NCBI GenBank assembly: GCA_963674945.2
Contig: CAXXWQ010000003.1
Coordinates: 1,696,001 to 1,760,000, forward strand
Direction: 5' to 3'
From: an uncultured Desulfosarcina sp.
GTDB lineage: Bacteria; Desulfobacterota; Desulfobacteria; Desulfobacterales; Desulfosarcinaceae
Length of the DNA stretch: 64,000 nt
A program made the position numbers and the translations under genes. Position 1 is the first letter of the stretch. Each line of letters starts with the position of its first letter. The notes beneath the pieces are model-generated. The model was not told the origin of the DNA and ran no database searches. It saw only the letters and a program-made list of their open reading frames with translations. Of this stretch, positions 19,683 through 30,593 are shown piece after piece.

Positions 19683-20437
19683 GATTCGAAGACATCTTCT
19701 TTCAAAACGTCAACGGTGAAAAACTCTCGGGTCGGTTGAGCCTGCCGGATGGCGAAACACCCCGGGCCTATGCCATCTTTGCCCACTGCTTCACCTGCAG
19801 CAAGTTGACAAAGACCGTCGCCAAGGTGAGCCGTGCCCTAACGAAAAAAGGCATCGCCGTTCTCCGCTTCGACTTTACCGGGCTGGGTGATAGTGAGGGT
19901 GATTTTTCGGAGACATCTTTCTCATCCAATGTGAGAGATCTTGAGACGGCCGCAGATTACCTCGGAGCGCATTATTCGGCGCCAAAAATTCTAATCGGTC
20001 ACTCCTTCGGCGGTACCGCTTGCCTGAAGGCAAGCAACCGCATTGCTTCTGTCAAGGCGGTCGCAACCATCGGTTCTCCCTTTTCGCCGGACCATGTCCA
20101 GCATTTATTCGGAGACGCGAAAAAGACGATTCTTGACAAAGGAGAGGCAAAAGTGGCGTTGGCGGGCCGATCCTTTCGAATCAAGCGGCAATTTCTTGAA
20201 GACATGGATGGTACGGACATGGTTACCACGCTGAACCAGCTGAACCGCGCCCTGTTGGTGATGCATTCACCCCTGGACGACGTGGTGGGAATCGAAAATG
20301 CGGCACAAATCTTTACAGCGGCAAGGCATCCCAAGAGTTTCATCTCCCTGGACACCGCCGACCACATGCTCAGTCGATCGGCGGATGCCGATTACGCGGG
20401 AGAGCTGATCGCCATCTGGGCTGCCAGATATGTTTGA
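19661..20437 (+). CDS. Alpha/beta hydrolase (like the N-terminal domain of hydrolase/OsmC fusions)
   Basis: FAHCFTCSK, RFDFTGLGDSEG, GHSFGG nucleophile, HPKSFISLD.ADH. Confidence 0.88.
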   Translation: MDSRQKLRFEDIFFQNVNGEKLSGRLSLPDGETPRAYAIFAHCFTCSKLTKTVAKVSRALTKKGIAVLRFDFTGLGDSEGDFSETSFSSNVRDLETAADYLGAHYSAPKILIGHSFGGTACLKASNRIASVKAVATIGSPFSPDHVQHLFGDAKKTILDKGEAKVALAGRSFRIKRQFLEDMDGTDMVTTLNQLNRALLVMHSPLDDVVGIENAAQIFTAARHPKSFISLDTADHMLSRSADADYAGELIAIWAARYV

Positions 20438-20444
20438 TGATTCA

Positions 20445-20738
20445 CTACCTGAATCCGTAGTGAAACATTTCATAATGCGTCTTCCCGCCCAGTAAGCTAT
20501 CGATATTCCCCTGGATTTCCTGTCGTTCCTTGTTTAACAGCCAATCTTCCCAATGGGCCGCAGATTCCCAGGTACTGATGACAAGAAAAACATCCGGTCG
20601 ATCATTGCTCTTCAAGGTTTCTCCCGTTATATAGCCAGGCTGTGACATGGCAAGCGCCCGCATCTTCCGAAAAAGCTGAAGCATCTCCATACCCTTTTCC
20701 TCGGGGACCGTCCGTGTAATCAAGACCTTGATACTCAT
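20445..20738 (-). CDS. Antibiotic biosynthesis monooxygenase (ABM) family protein
   Basis: QPGYITGETL, VISTWES..W..W; AAGGAGG RBS before ATG at 20738. Confidence 0.85.
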   Translation of the reverse strand: MSIKVLITRTVPEEKGMEMLQLFRKMRALAMSQPGYITGETLKSNDRPDVFLVISTWESAAHWEDWLLNKERQEIQGNIDSLLGGKTHYEMFHYGFR

Positions 20739-20969
20739 GGAATCCTCCTTTTGTTGTGGGTGAGGGCGTCTGCGGTTCTCGTCCCTTGACGGGATGTCAA
20801 TCGCGATTTTTTCCGGCACACGAAGGGGAATACGAAGCGATGGGAAACGATGCACGATGCGGTTGATGCCGGCGGCAACGATGTATAATGCAATTAAAGA
20901 ACGATATGGATAAATTGTCAAACGGATATTACGAGGGTTCTTTTACCGTGCGGTATCGAGCCGGCGGGT

Positions 20970-21968
20970 TCATCCATTCAGGTCGACCACAACCCGGCCC
21001 CTAAGCTTGCCCTTGCGGATGCGGTCGATATTCTCGCTCAGTTCATTTAAAGGGATGGTCCTGCAAAGGGTCGACAGACTGTCGATCCGCCAGGCATCTG
21101 CAAGATTTTTCCACACCTTTCGACGGATATCCATGGGACAATTCTGGGAGTCGACGCCAACCAACCGAACGCCACGCAAAATAAAGGGAAACACTGTCAA
21201 GGGCAAGTCGGGTGATGCGACGTTTCCGCAACAGGTAACAATGCCTAAAGGATGGGTGGATTTGATGGCCGTTGCAAGGATTTCTCCCCCAACGGTGTCA
21301 ATAACTCCGGCCCATCTGCTTTTGAGCAGGGGGCGTCCACTGGTTTCCGTAGCATCCGCCCGTTCCAGGACGTCGGATGCACCGATCCTTTTTAAAAAAG
21401 AGACTTCATCCATCTTCCCGGTGACGGCCGTCACCCGGTACCCCAGTTTGGCCAACAGGGAGACGGATACACTACCCACCCCTCCGGTAGCACCGGTGAC
21501 CAGCACGGTACCATCTTCCGGCCTTACGCCCTCGGTCAGAAACAGAACGCTCATTGCTGCGGTGAAACCGGCCGTTCCGTAAATCATACTCTCTTTGGCG
21601 GAAAGGCCATGGGGAATCGGCACCACCCAGCTCGCCGGAACCCGAACGAACTGACCGAAGCCGCCGGCAGTATTCATCCCCAGATCGTACCCGGTCACCA
21701 GCACCCGGTCACCGACGGCAAACTGCTCGACCTGACTGTGGGCTACAGTTCCGGCCGCATCGATTCCCGGTGTATGGGGGTACTTACGGGTCACGCCCTT
21801 GTTGCCGGTGGCCGAAAGGGCATCCTTGTAGTTCAATGATGAATAGGCCACGTTGATGAGGACATCTCCTTGGGGCAGATCGTCGACGGTTCTCTCTTCT
21901 ACACGGCAAATGTAGTTCTTTTCTCCATCCTCCCTTACCACCAGAGCTGAAAATTTCTCTTTTGTCAT
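20970..21968 (-). CDS. YhdH/YhfP (AcuI-like) NADPH quinone/enoyl-CoA oxidoreductase, MDR family
   Basis: YSSLNYKDAL, PGIDAAG, GTAGFTA, VTGATGGVGS, PFILRGV. Confidence 0.9.
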   Translation of the reverse strand: MTKEKFSALVVREDGEKNYICRVEERTVDDLPQGDVLINVAYSSLNYKDALSATGNKGVTRKYPHTPGIDAAGTVAHSQVEQFAVGDRVLVTGYDLGMNTAGGFGQFVRVPASWVVPIPHGLSAKESMIYGTAGFTAAMSVLFLTEGVRPEDGTVLVTGATGGVGSVSVSLLAKLGYRVTAVTGKMDEVSFLKRIGASDVLERADATETSGRPLLKSRWAGVIDTVGGEILATAIKSTHPLGIVTCCGNVASPDLPLTVFPFILRGVRLVGVDSQNCPMDIRRKVWKNLADAWRIDSLSTLCRTIPLNELSENIDRIRKGKLRGRVVVDLNG

Positions 21969-22088
21969 AATGGTCCTCCACGTAAGTATTGTTTCCACCC
22001 AATAATGATGACCTGGTAAAAATAGACTTCAAGGGAACTCATTCATTGGTAAGAACCAAAATGGACTTTTTGCGCAGCCATCAATTTA

Positions 22089-22892
22089 TTAGGCCCGGGG
22101 CGTATAATGGCGCGTCAGCCAGGAAGCCAGTCCATCCAGTCCCGGAAACAGTGTTCGCTCGGTAATGTTCGCCTGGTCCAGTTTGTCCCGGATCTCCCAC
22201 TTGAGTTCCCTGGGTATGATGATCCTGCCGTAGATATCTGGATTTCTCGCCAGCCATCGGTCCAGCCGCGCGGTGGAACTGGACATTACGGAAAAGAAGG
22301 CGAACTGGTTGACGATGCGCCCGTCGATGGAGGGGGGCTCAAAAAAGAGGGCCAGATCGTCTCCGAGGTCATCGAATCCCTTGATATTTACCAGTGCGTG
22401 TTCGAGCATCTCCAGGGTGAAGGCGTTGGCGCCGTGGAAAATGAGTTCGTCGGACAACTGACTGGGAAGCATCTTGTTGATCTTCACATAGTCGGCAAAC
22501 CAGATGGCGCCGTCGCGGTCGAACCGATCCGTATCCGCCGTGGCGAAATGGGCGGCAACAAAGGGCGAGTAGGTCCAATCCAGAAGACGTGTGGGAAGTC
22601 CGTGGTGCTGGGCTATTGTTAACCAGCGCCAATCCGAAGCATTGTTCCCGGTCCAGGGCACCTCTGCATATTTGCTGAAATTTCGAAGCAAATGATACTC
22701 GAGATGACCATAACCGCCGCAACGCCTCGAAAAGCTGGTTTTCAGATCATACGCTTCATCGGACAGGCCCCGGTACGCGTAGTTGGAGCGAAACCGCATC
22801 AGGTCATTCTGCCAGGAATCTTCGTATAATCGTTCGCACAACTCGCACCAGCTGTTCACCCGGATATCGTGATGGGATAGGGAATTGGACAT
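22089..22892 (-). CDS. FRG domain-containing protein
   Basis: YRG motif, AQHHGLPTRLLDWT, RIVNQ, LFPGLDG. Confidence 0.9.
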   Translation of the reverse strand: MSNSLSHHDIRVNSWCELCERLYEDSWQNDLMRFRSNYAYRGLSDEAYDLKTSFSRRCGGYGHLEYHLLRNFSKYAEVPWTGNNASDWRWLTIAQHHGLPTRLLDWTYSPFVAAHFATADTDRFDRDGAIWFADYVKINKMLPSQLSDELIFHGANAFTLEMLEHALVNIKGFDDLGDDLALFFEPPSIDGRIVNQFAFFSVMSSSTARLDRWLARNPDIYGRIIIPRELKWEIRDKLDQANITERTLFPGLDGLASWLTRHYTPRA

Positions 22893-22940
22893 CTTTCTGA
22901 CACCGTAAGTCCCTTCGTGGAATGGAAAACAATGGCTCCC

Positions 22941-23579
22941 TCAAAGAAAAAACCCGCCAGGGGCATGTACCCAATCGCCGATCATCCGATCGAATACGCC
23001 CCTTAGCCCACCGACCAATTGATGATTCGCAAAAATCCTTTCCACCAGTTCCCCGATCTTTTGGATTCTGCATTCGTCAAATCCAACGGTGGTCCAAAGT
23101 CGAACGTAGTCCGGCAACCGGACAGGCGCCTCTTTTCCGTATGTACTCTGAATAACATCATAAAAGGCCACAACGGCCGTGGGATCTTCACCGTTTGGTG
23201 TCCTCTGGTCTGTGAGCAGACACAGGTTTTCAAAGACACGGCCCTCGATGGCATCGTTCATGTCTTGGATGGTCTTGGCCGCCGAAAACAGCAACCAGCG
23301 ATCGTCAGAAGAAAGACCGGAAAGGTCCCCCAACAATTGTTGAAAGATCTCCCCCTGGTTGTGATCGCACCGGCAGTGGACATGCCAGCCCATGGTAAAA
23401 TCGTCAGAAGGGAACGTGGGATCGAGGAATCGGTGGTCGTGGGTCTTTCTGCGATCGATGCCGGTCATCCAACGGCTATCCGGGTAAATCGTACCGGAAA
23501 GGTAGGCCCCCAAGTCCTGGATACCTAAACGTTGCGCAAGGGTCGCGGCAAAACGGATGTGGGTGGCGGGCATGGCCAT
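22941..23579 (-). CDS. Hypothetical protein, Zn-dependent phospholipase C-like helical metallohydrolase
   Basis: PATH..F, G.IYPD.R, TH, GWHVH..CD candidate metal-ligand pattern. Confidence 0.5.
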   Translation of the reverse strand: MAMPATHIRFAATLAQRLGIQDLGAYLSGTIYPDSRWMTGIDRRKTHDHRFLDPTFPSDDFTMGWHVHCRCDHNQGEIFQQLLGDLSGLSSDDRWLLFSAAKTIQDMNDAIEGRVFENLCLLTDQRTPNGEDPTAVVAFYDVIQSTYGKEAPVRLPDYVRLWTTVGFDECRIQKIGELVERIFANHQLVGGLRGVFDRMIGDWVHAPGGFFL

Positions 23580-23598
23580 GATGAGACGCCTTACTTGT

Positions 23599-23763
23599 TG
23601 ATGAACTCGTAAAAAGTTGGATTTCGGACGGCTTCGTAAAAAAGCCCGAGATCAAGGATTGCGAATCCTGAGGAATGAGGCGTATTACCGATACGTCGCA
23701 GTGACGAGGGATGAAGCGTAACGCAGATATCGGACTTTTTTACGAAGCCGTCACTTTTTACGA
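23599..23763. repeat. MITE/REP-like palindromic element with nested inverted repeats
   Basis: Perfect 18-bp IR GACGGCTTCGTAAAAAAG (23627-23644)/CTTTTTTACGAAGCCGTC (23735-23752); outer 11-bp IR TCGTAAAAAGT (23607-23617)/ACTTTTTACGA (23753-23763). Confidence 0.85.
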
Positions 23764-26004
23764 CCGGAGCTTGATGATCTTCACCGCTTCATCCACCCAC
23801 TCCGATATGAGCCCACACTGGTCTTGATGGGCCTTGGTCTTTTTCAAACGTGCGAAGACCTCCTCGCGATTCTTCACCGCCTCCAATGCCGGAATGTTCT
23901 CCATCTTTCCAATGTTTGCCAGGCCGCGAACAGCGATGCGCAGATTTTGGATCAGCTGGGACATAAACCGCTGGCTTTCATTGAGGAAGTAAATGTCGGA
24001 TTCCGGGCTTCCGTATTCATTCACGGCGCTTCGCATGATCGCCAATCCCACGGTGGTTTCGGCCATGGACAAGAAGATATAGAGTTCCCTTTCCAATGCC
24101 AGAAGATCCTTGGCCGAAAGGCGATGTTTGCGTGTCATTCCCAAATCCAGGGCTTCGCACAGGGCCTCATGGATAACCCGGACCTTTTCGAAAAAGGCAT
24201 CCTGCTCCCGGTCCATCAACCAAGTGGCAGATCCAGCCACCTCCTTGTCCAGGCCGTGCCGGCTAAAAAGAATATCTTCCGGAGTGATTTCGATATCCGT
24301 GAGGCTTTTGTCATATTCGTGAAGTATAAGATTGGCCAACATCAGGGCCTTGGCGTCGGAGAATCGAATATCGGCCGGATTATAGAGAAAATCTCCGACC
24401 AGAATCTCGAATGCACGTTTGGGCTGGTTCATCTGAACGGTAAGCACCTGCAGGGAATTGAGAAAGGCCGTACGATCTTCCGATGACACGACATCTTTCA
24501 GATGCCGCCACAAAAACTCAAAGATCTTCTTTTCATAACGTGTGAAAAGGGACATATGCTGGGAAAAAACCGACTTGAGGAAACGACCTTTTTCGTCGAA
24601 GCACTGGTTCAGGATTTCGACCAATCGGCGGGCTTCATCCAAATCAATACCGAAATCAAGCGCCAGGATTTCATAATCTTTCTGCTCGAAAGAAATAGCC
24701 CCGTGAACCATGGCGGTCATTTTTTTCCGCGTGGCAGAGCGTCCCTTGAAAAAGGAGGCCATCTTGAACAACCGACGATGCAACACCCCGAAAAAGTTCT
24801 TCTTCCCTTTGGCCTCCTCTTCCTTGGAACGGGTAAGATACAAGTTGTCGAATACCTCGTCTCTCACGGTATCCAATCGTTTTTGTACACTCTTAAGCAC
24901 CTCTTGTCTGGCATCCTCACTCTTGGCCTTGCTTTCGATGGTCTCCAAAAGATCGGATGACAACCCCAGACGCTCTTTCAGGTGGTTCACATTGATTTTC
25001 GGGTAATCATCACCGTAAACACTCTTTATCACCTTGGCCACTTTTTCGGGTGACCCCTTGATACTGGCGATAATCCGTGCGACCTTTGCCTTCTCACCGG
25101 TAAAGTGCTTCTCGCTGTTCTCTTTTATCAGCCAATCCAGGTTGTTGATTTCCACGAAAGGTGCAACCAGTTGGGAACGAATCTTGGGGAGACCGAAAAT
25201 CGCATTGTAGATGCTGGTGAAGGGACAACCCTTTTCCGACTCCTCTCTTTTCTGCATCCAGTCGCCGACCCTGGCAATGAGATTGCGCATGGCGTCGGCT
25301 TTCACTCCATTTACACCGGCCAGAAGGGTCAAATTGGGATTTTGTTCCCCTTTTTCATCGACCACCAAAGGAACGATGTGAAACGGCTCTTTATCAAGAA
25401 CGATTTCACGCTGCCCCTCTTTCGCATGGTACATCAGTGTAACAATCTTCAGACACATCCGCAGTGGTTCCAAAAATTTCGAGCCCGGTTCGGGAATTTT
25501 CAGACTCAAATTGTTGATACCCCTGTCCGAAAAGACCCCGAAGGCTTCCAATAATTGGCTCATCAGGTGGGATAGAACCTGGCCGTGGCGTTTGATCATT
25601 GCCGGCAAAAGGTCCAAGTCCACCAGCATGTTTCCGAAAAGGATCTCATAGTCCAGCTTTTCGGATACCGTCGACTCCGAGGTGCGTCCTCGATAGCGGA
25701 TCAGTATCCGCTCGGCGCCATGCGATTTCCGAGAAAGCTTGGATAGGTCGTTTACCAGCTGTTCGAAAGTCTGGGACTCCTGGTTTTCAGCGATGTTTGC
25801 GTTTCTCGGATGTAAATAAAACGCGATGTGTTGGACGATCTCACATAGCAGAATCCGCCACACATCCTGCTGTTTCTGTTCCTCGGCCAAACTGGCGGCC
25901 ATCATCTGCGCCGCAGATTGCCCCTTTCGATGGGCTTCAATCCCTTCGATCTGAGAAAAAAGCTGCTGTGCCGCATCATCCAGATGAATTTCTTTTTTGG
26001 CCAT
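23758..26004 (-). CDS. Large hypothetical cytoplasmic, mostly alpha-helical protein
   Basis: 748-aa open frame, charged/helical composition, no TM or recognisable motif. Confidence 0.75.
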   Translation of the reverse strand: MAKKEIHLDDAAQQLFSQIEGIEAHRKGQSAAQMMAASLAEEQKQQDVWRILLCEIVQHIAFYLHPRNANIAENQESQTFEQLVNDLSKLSRKSHGAERILIRYRGRTSESTVSEKLDYEILFGNMLVDLDLLPAMIKRHGQVLSHLMSQLLEAFGVFSDRGINNLSLKIPEPGSKFLEPLRMCLKIVTLMYHAKEGQREIVLDKEPFHIVPLVVDEKGEQNPNLTLLAGVNGVKADAMRNLIARVGDWMQKREESEKGCPFTSIYNAIFGLPKIRSQLVAPFVEINNLDWLIKENSEKHFTGEKAKVARIIASIKGSPEKVAKVIKSVYGDDYPKINVNHLKERLGLSSDLLETIESKAKSEDARQEVLKSVQKRLDTVRDEVFDNLYLTRSKEEEAKGKKNFFGVLHRRLFKMASFFKGRSATRKKMTAMVHGAISFEQKDYEILALDFGIDLDEARRLVEILNQCFDEKGRFLKSVFSQHMSLFTRYEKKIFEFLWRHLKDVVSSEDRTAFLNSLQVLTVQMNQPKRAFEILVGDFLYNPADIRFSDAKALMLANLILHEYDKSLTDIEITPEDILFSRHGLDKEVAGSATWLMDREQDAFFEKVRVIHEALCEALDLGMTRKHRLSAKDLLALERELYIFLSMAETTVGLAIMRSAVNEYGSPESDIYFLNESQRFMSQLIQNLRIAVRGLANIGKMENIPALEAVKNREEVFARLKKTKAHQDQCGLISEWVDEAVKIIKLRS

Positions 26005-26353
26005 GGACGTAAACCATCATATCAGAAAAGTGGATATGCCTTTTCACCTCTTCTCTCCGTAATCCGGGAGAAACAATTTGAGTTTGATCCGGCATAAAGC
26101 TGACGGTCGAATCATCAAAGACGGCAAATTGACCCAACCCTATGATTCCTGTGCATATTTGATCAATACCACAAATTGACGGTAACGTGAATGAAAAACC
26201 GACGGCAATCCGTTGATACCAAATAAATTTCGCCGCTCTCAGTGGTTATCACCGACCAAAGCGAGTTGTCTATGATGGAGACCTGTTGAAATCGTTCAAT
26301 CCCTCTGGTAGGTTGAACCCACATGTGAAAAAACCAACGGGAGATGATCAACG

Positions 26354-29300
26354 ATGACCGGGATCAAGTCCAAAGCCCTTGAAGCAAATCTGGCAACAAC
26401 CCAAGTTGATGTCGCCATCGATCCGAAGTTCGAATGTATTCAGGCAGTCATGTCCCGCTACTACGGGTTGATGGAAGGTGTGAACATCTTTTTACAGGAG
26501 TTGAGCCATCCCTACCGCAATTGGCAATTCATCGTGAATGAGGCGCGCACCTATGCCCTGGATTATTTTCACCTGTTTCAACCGCACCCTCGTGGCGTGG
26601 AAGCAACTGAAATCATGGTGGATATCTTTATCGAAGTTATCGCGGCGGATGTGGAAAATGGTGTGTGTACCGATGCCGTGGACAACCTGCTCCTTTATCT
26701 TCGACAGGTCATCGATGCGTCCCGGGAAAGGCTGCCGGACTTCTTACCGGTGATCATCGGGGCCTTCGATAAAATCGGCAGTTGTCCGGACGATCGTTTT
26801 TTTCTTTTTACCAGCAGCTTCTATCCCATCAAACGCATTATTCGATTGTTTGGAGATCGTGGCAGCGAATTCATCACCGACTATTCGGTGCTTAACGCAC
26901 TCTTGATCCGGACATTTGCCACCACCTACGATTTCTGGAGCGGTATCAAAGATCCCTGGGAGAGTTTCGAATCCTCGGCAGGCCAGATCAACAATCCCGA
27001 CCGGGTACAAAAATGTTTTTCAAGCATCTCCCACAAAGTGCTTGACGACTGGAAAAACCGTCTCGACCAAATGGCACGGCTATCAGATCAAAGCAGCCGA
27101 ACCTTGTTCGATCAATTGCTTACCCTGGAGGATTTCTCGGCCATCGTCGAAAAATACCGAAAACTGCCCCAGATTCTATTGGAGACCGGTGCAAACGAAG
27201 GGAAGGGCAATCAATGGAAGGTGATTTTCCTTTTCCACATCCTTGGGATTTCAGGATTGAAATCGATTCACGAAGAGGCCCTTCGGGACATCAATCGAAC
27301 GGTGGGTTGGTTAATCGAAAATGAAAGCTATCGAAACGTCGGTGATTTGATCGAAAAGACCTTTTCGATTCTCAAGACCCAGACGGAACAATTTCCCGCA
27401 ACGACCCTCACCTGTGTCCTCAACATGGGCCAAGCCGTCTTTCAGACGGACGAGATCGACCTTGTAAACTACTTCATCGACCAGGTGGTGGACCTGGGAT
27501 TTCAGGCCCCCATGCTGGGTGGTGTGGGCAACGACTGGCAGATTCAGGTCAATGCGACCCATCTGCAAAATGTACGCACCTGGCTGGAACTGATCGAGTG
27601 CAAGCCCAAATGGTCCTCCCGCCTGCTCTCCAATCTGATCATCAAATTATCTCTCTCGGGAATCTTTATCAAGGACACGGACCTGTTCCCCAGAGATATC
27701 ACTCGTCTTCTCAACAGCGACATCGGCCCCGTATACAACCTGGTCAAACAGTTGTCGAGACTCTTTCCCGCCTATTTCAACGATATTGGCGCCGAGGGAA
27801 TTTTACGCGACATCTCGACGAAATTGGATGAGATCACCCATCGCCGGGACAAGCTCATCCATTTTTTGCGAAAACAGAGCCACGTACAAAGTTCCAACCG
27901 CATCATCCGTTTCATGGAAGCGGTTTTGCACTTCTGGCAGACACGGGACAAAAGACCGCTTTCCCCCTTCGTCCCTCCCGACATCTATGACCAGATCGAG
28001 ATTCACGGCAAGTATATCGACGGCGTCAATGCCCTCTTCGCCCATCTGGCAAGCAAAGGTTTGAGCCTCCCCGATGAATTGTTGATCGAAACCGATGAAC
28101 GAATTCAGACCCTGCTTTCCGACAAAACCGATGCCGATCCTGTGGACATCGAACGCGTGGTTCTCATTGCCACCTTCTATAAACTGCTCGACCACAAATA
28201 CCAGGTGGACCACAAATCCCTTCGGCACCACGTTGATCAATTGGACAAGGAGTCCTTTTCCAATATCGGGCGTCTGAAACAGGCGCTGGATGAGCCGGAA
28301 CTCAAGCAGCGACTCTTTTCACTGATGGATTATCTGGAGCGTCTCCAAAGAGTGATTCTCTCTACGGAAACTTTTGAAATTCGTTCGGATATTTACAAAA
28401 AACGTCACATCACCATCGATATCCCCTCCATGTACGGCAGCTACCACGAACGTAAATTCGACTCTTTGGGCCTTACCTTTCGCATCGAGTCGCTGGTCAA
28501 CGTGCTCTTCGAGGAGTTGGTGGATCGAATCAACCTGGGACTCATTACCCGGGCTACCTTTCATGAAATTTATGAACGACTTACCCTGTTTCACAAAGCA
28601 CTCCTTCTCGACGGCATCCATTCGGTTGAGTTTGAGCAGCAGTTGGACCTTCTGGCCCATGCACTGGAAGTAAGGGGGTTTACATTTACCCAATATTTGG
28701 ACATTTTTAAGGGTTTTGCCGTTGCCGTAAAAAACATCATCAACGACTATTTCAACAACATTCACGGCCAGAACCTGACGCGTATTCTCTCCAACATGCC
28801 CACCGATCAAATCCTCGACAAATTCCTCGGACAAGAGAGAATCGTCGATTCGGAAAAGGTCAAACACCGTATTTCGGAAATCTTTTTTCGCGACCGGATT
28901 GCCGCCTCCCTGGGGCTGCAGCAGTTGGATCTGTTCTTGACCCGCATCCTGAATACCCTGTTTCACCAGTCCAACATGCTGCCCGAGGACAAGCTCCACC
29001 TGCTGTTGGACTACGATCCCCAGCGGATCATCACCGGCCTGACGAAGACCAACAACAAGGCCATCGGCATCATTTACATGGGCAACAAGGGACTGAACCT
29101 GCTCAAACTGAGAAGCCTTGGGTATCCGGTGCCACCTGGCTTCATCGTCACCACTGAGGCATTTCGATGCAGGGAACTGATCGATGATTTCGAACCGGTA
29201 CGAAAAAATCTGGAGCACCAGGTAGCAGAGTATTTACAACTGCTCCAGAAATTTAGTGGCAAACGGTATGGTGACCCGGGCAATCCCTTACTCCTGTCGG

Positions 29301-30538
29301 TACGAAGCGGTGCATCCATTTCCCAACCCGGAATGATGGAAACCTTTTTGGATGTGGGCATCAATGAAACCATTGCCGAGGGCCTGGCCCATAAGATGGA
29401 TAACTCCTGGTTTGCCTGGGACAACTACCGGCGTTTTATGCAATGCTACGGCATGGCCTTCGGGCTGGAACGTGATGTCTTCGACGCCATCATGGCCGAC
29501 TTTAAAACAAGGCTGGGCATCCCATTGAAAAAGGGCTTCACCGGAGAGCAGATGAAAATGGTGGCCCGGGCATACCGGGCCCGAATCCAGGATGAAGGGG
29601 TAACGGTATTGGACGACCCCATGGAACAATTGTTTATGACCATCAAGGCGGTCTTCTCCTCCTGGGACTCTCCCAGGGCCAAGACCTACCGCAAAATCAT
29701 GGGGATCTCCAACGACTGGGGGACCGCCGTTACGGTGCAACAGATGGTCTTCGGCAACATCTCCAGCCAGGCAGGATCCGGTGTCTTGTTCACCCACAAT
29801 CCACGTTGGTCGGCGGATACGTTGAGCCTGTGGGGGGATTTCACCGTCGGGAACCAGGGGGAGGACGTGGTCGCAGGACTGGTGAGAACCCTTCCCATCT
29901 CGGTCCAACAGCAAGAGACCGAAATGCGGGATACGGACATTACCTTGGAGACCCACTATCCCGGCATTTATCAGGCCATTCGCAAGTGGGCCGCGGAACT
30001 GATTTACAAGCGGGGATGGAGTCCCCAGGAGATGGAGTTCACCTTCGAAGGGCCGTCGGCTGACGATATCTATCTCCTCCAGACACGCGACATGGCCATT
30101 AGAGAAAGAAAGACGGTGCTCGCCTTCGACGTGGACGCCAAGCACGATGATCGATATCTGGGTCACGGCATCGGCGTCGCAGGCGGTGCGATGTCGGGCA
30201 GAGCCGTTTTTTCCCTGGCCGAAATCGATCACTGGCGAAAAACCGAATCGGACTGTGCCCTCATCCTCATTCGGGGCGACACGGTTCCCGACGATATTAA
30301 AGAGATCTATGCCAGTGACGGCCTTCTCACGGCCAGGGGCGGTGTGACCAGCCATGCGTCGGTGGTCGCCCACCGTTTGGGAAAAACCTGTGTGGTGGGG
30401 TGCGGTTCTTTGGTGTGTGATGAGAAAGAGAAAATTGCCCGGTTCGATACCGATGTCATTCGATCGGGGGACCACATTAGCATTGACGGTCGCGGAGGAT
30501 CGGTCTATCAAGGGGTGATAAAGATCCGTGAAACCTAA
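26354..30538 (+). CDS. PPDK-like dikinase: ~900-aa unknown N-terminus + ATP-grasp nucleotide-binding domain + phospho-His swivel domain; no pyruvate-binding barrel
   Basis: GNKG, PVPPGF, PLLLSVRSGA, PGMMET, GTAVTVQQMVFGN, QGEDVVAG, LQTR, GGVTSHASVVAHRLGKTCVVG; ends ~60 aa after the His. Confidence 0.85.
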   Translation: MTGIKSKALEANLATTQVDVAIDPKFECIQAVMSRYYGLMEGVNIFLQELSHPYRNWQFIVNEARTYALDYFHLFQPHPRGVEATEIMVDIFIEVIAADVENGVCTDAVDNLLLYLRQVIDASRERLPDFLPVIIGAFDKIGSCPDDRFFLFTSSFYPIKRIIRLFGDRGSEFITDYSVLNALLIRTFATTYDFWSGIKDPWESFESSAGQINNPDRVQKCFSSISHKVLDDWKNRLDQMARLSDQSSRTLFDQLLTLEDFSAIVEKYRKLPQILLETGANEGKGNQWKVIFLFHILGISGLKSIHEEALRDINRTVGWLIENESYRNVGDLIEKTFSILKTQTEQFPATTLTCVLNMGQAVFQTDEIDLVNYFIDQVVDLGFQAPMLGGVGNDWQIQVNATHLQNVRTWLELIECKPKWSSRLLSNLIIKLSLSGIFIKDTDLFPRDITRLLNSDIGPVYNLVKQLSRLFPAYFNDIGAEGILRDISTKLDEITHRRDKLIHFLRKQSHVQSSNRIIRFMEAVLHFWQTRDKRPLSPFVPPDIYDQIEIHGKYIDGVNALFAHLASKGLSLPDELLIETDERIQTLLSDKTDADPVDIERVVLIATFYKLLDHKYQVDHKSLRHHVDQLDKESFSNIGRLKQALDEPELKQRLFSLMDYLERLQRVILSTETFEIRSDIYKKRHITIDIPSMYGSYHERKFDSLGLTFRIESLVNVLFEELVDRINLGLITRATFHEIYERLTLFHKALLLDGIHSVEFEQQLDLLAHALEVRGFTFTQYLDIFKGFAVAVKNIINDYFNNIHGQNLTRILSNMPTDQILDKFLGQERIVDSEKVKHRISEIFFRDRIAASLGLQQLDLFLTRILNTLFHQSNMLPEDKLHLLLDYDPQRIITGLTKTNNKAIGIIYMGNKGLNLLKLRSLGYPVPPGFIVTTEAFRCRELIDDFEPVRKNLEHQVAEYLQLLQKFSGKRYGDPGNPLLLSVRSGASISQPGMMETFLDVGINETIAEGLAHKMDNSWFAWDNYRRFMQCYGMAFGLERDVFDAIMADFKTRLGIPLKKGFTGEQMKMVARAYRARIQDEGVTVLDDPMEQLFMTIKAVFSSWDSPRAKTYRKIMGISNDWGTAVTVQQMVFGNISSQAGSGVLFTHNPRWSADTLSLWGDFTVGNQGEDVVAGLVRTLPISVQQQETEMRDTDITLETHYPGIYQAIRKWAAELIYKRGWSPQEMEFTFEGPSADDIYLLQTRDMAIRERKTVLAFDVDAKHDDRYLGHGIGVAGGAMSGRAVFSLAEIDHWRKTESDCALILIRGDTVPDDIKEIYASDGLLTARGGVTSHASVVAHRLGKTCVVGCGSLVCDEKEKIARFDTDVIRSGDHISIDGRGGSVYQGVIKIRET

Positions 30539-30593
30539 CCCGATACCATTGTTGTTTGGGTTCATAGCAACACAATAACAGGAGGATCGTGGT

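Noticed and set aside
20739..20921. N-terminal extension of the ABM ORF given in the track
   Set aside because: Strong AAGGAGG RBS before ATG at 20738; the extension looks non-coding
26354..30538. Calling this gene ppdK
   Set aside because: No C-terminal pyruvate-binding barrel, so the symbol would overstate function
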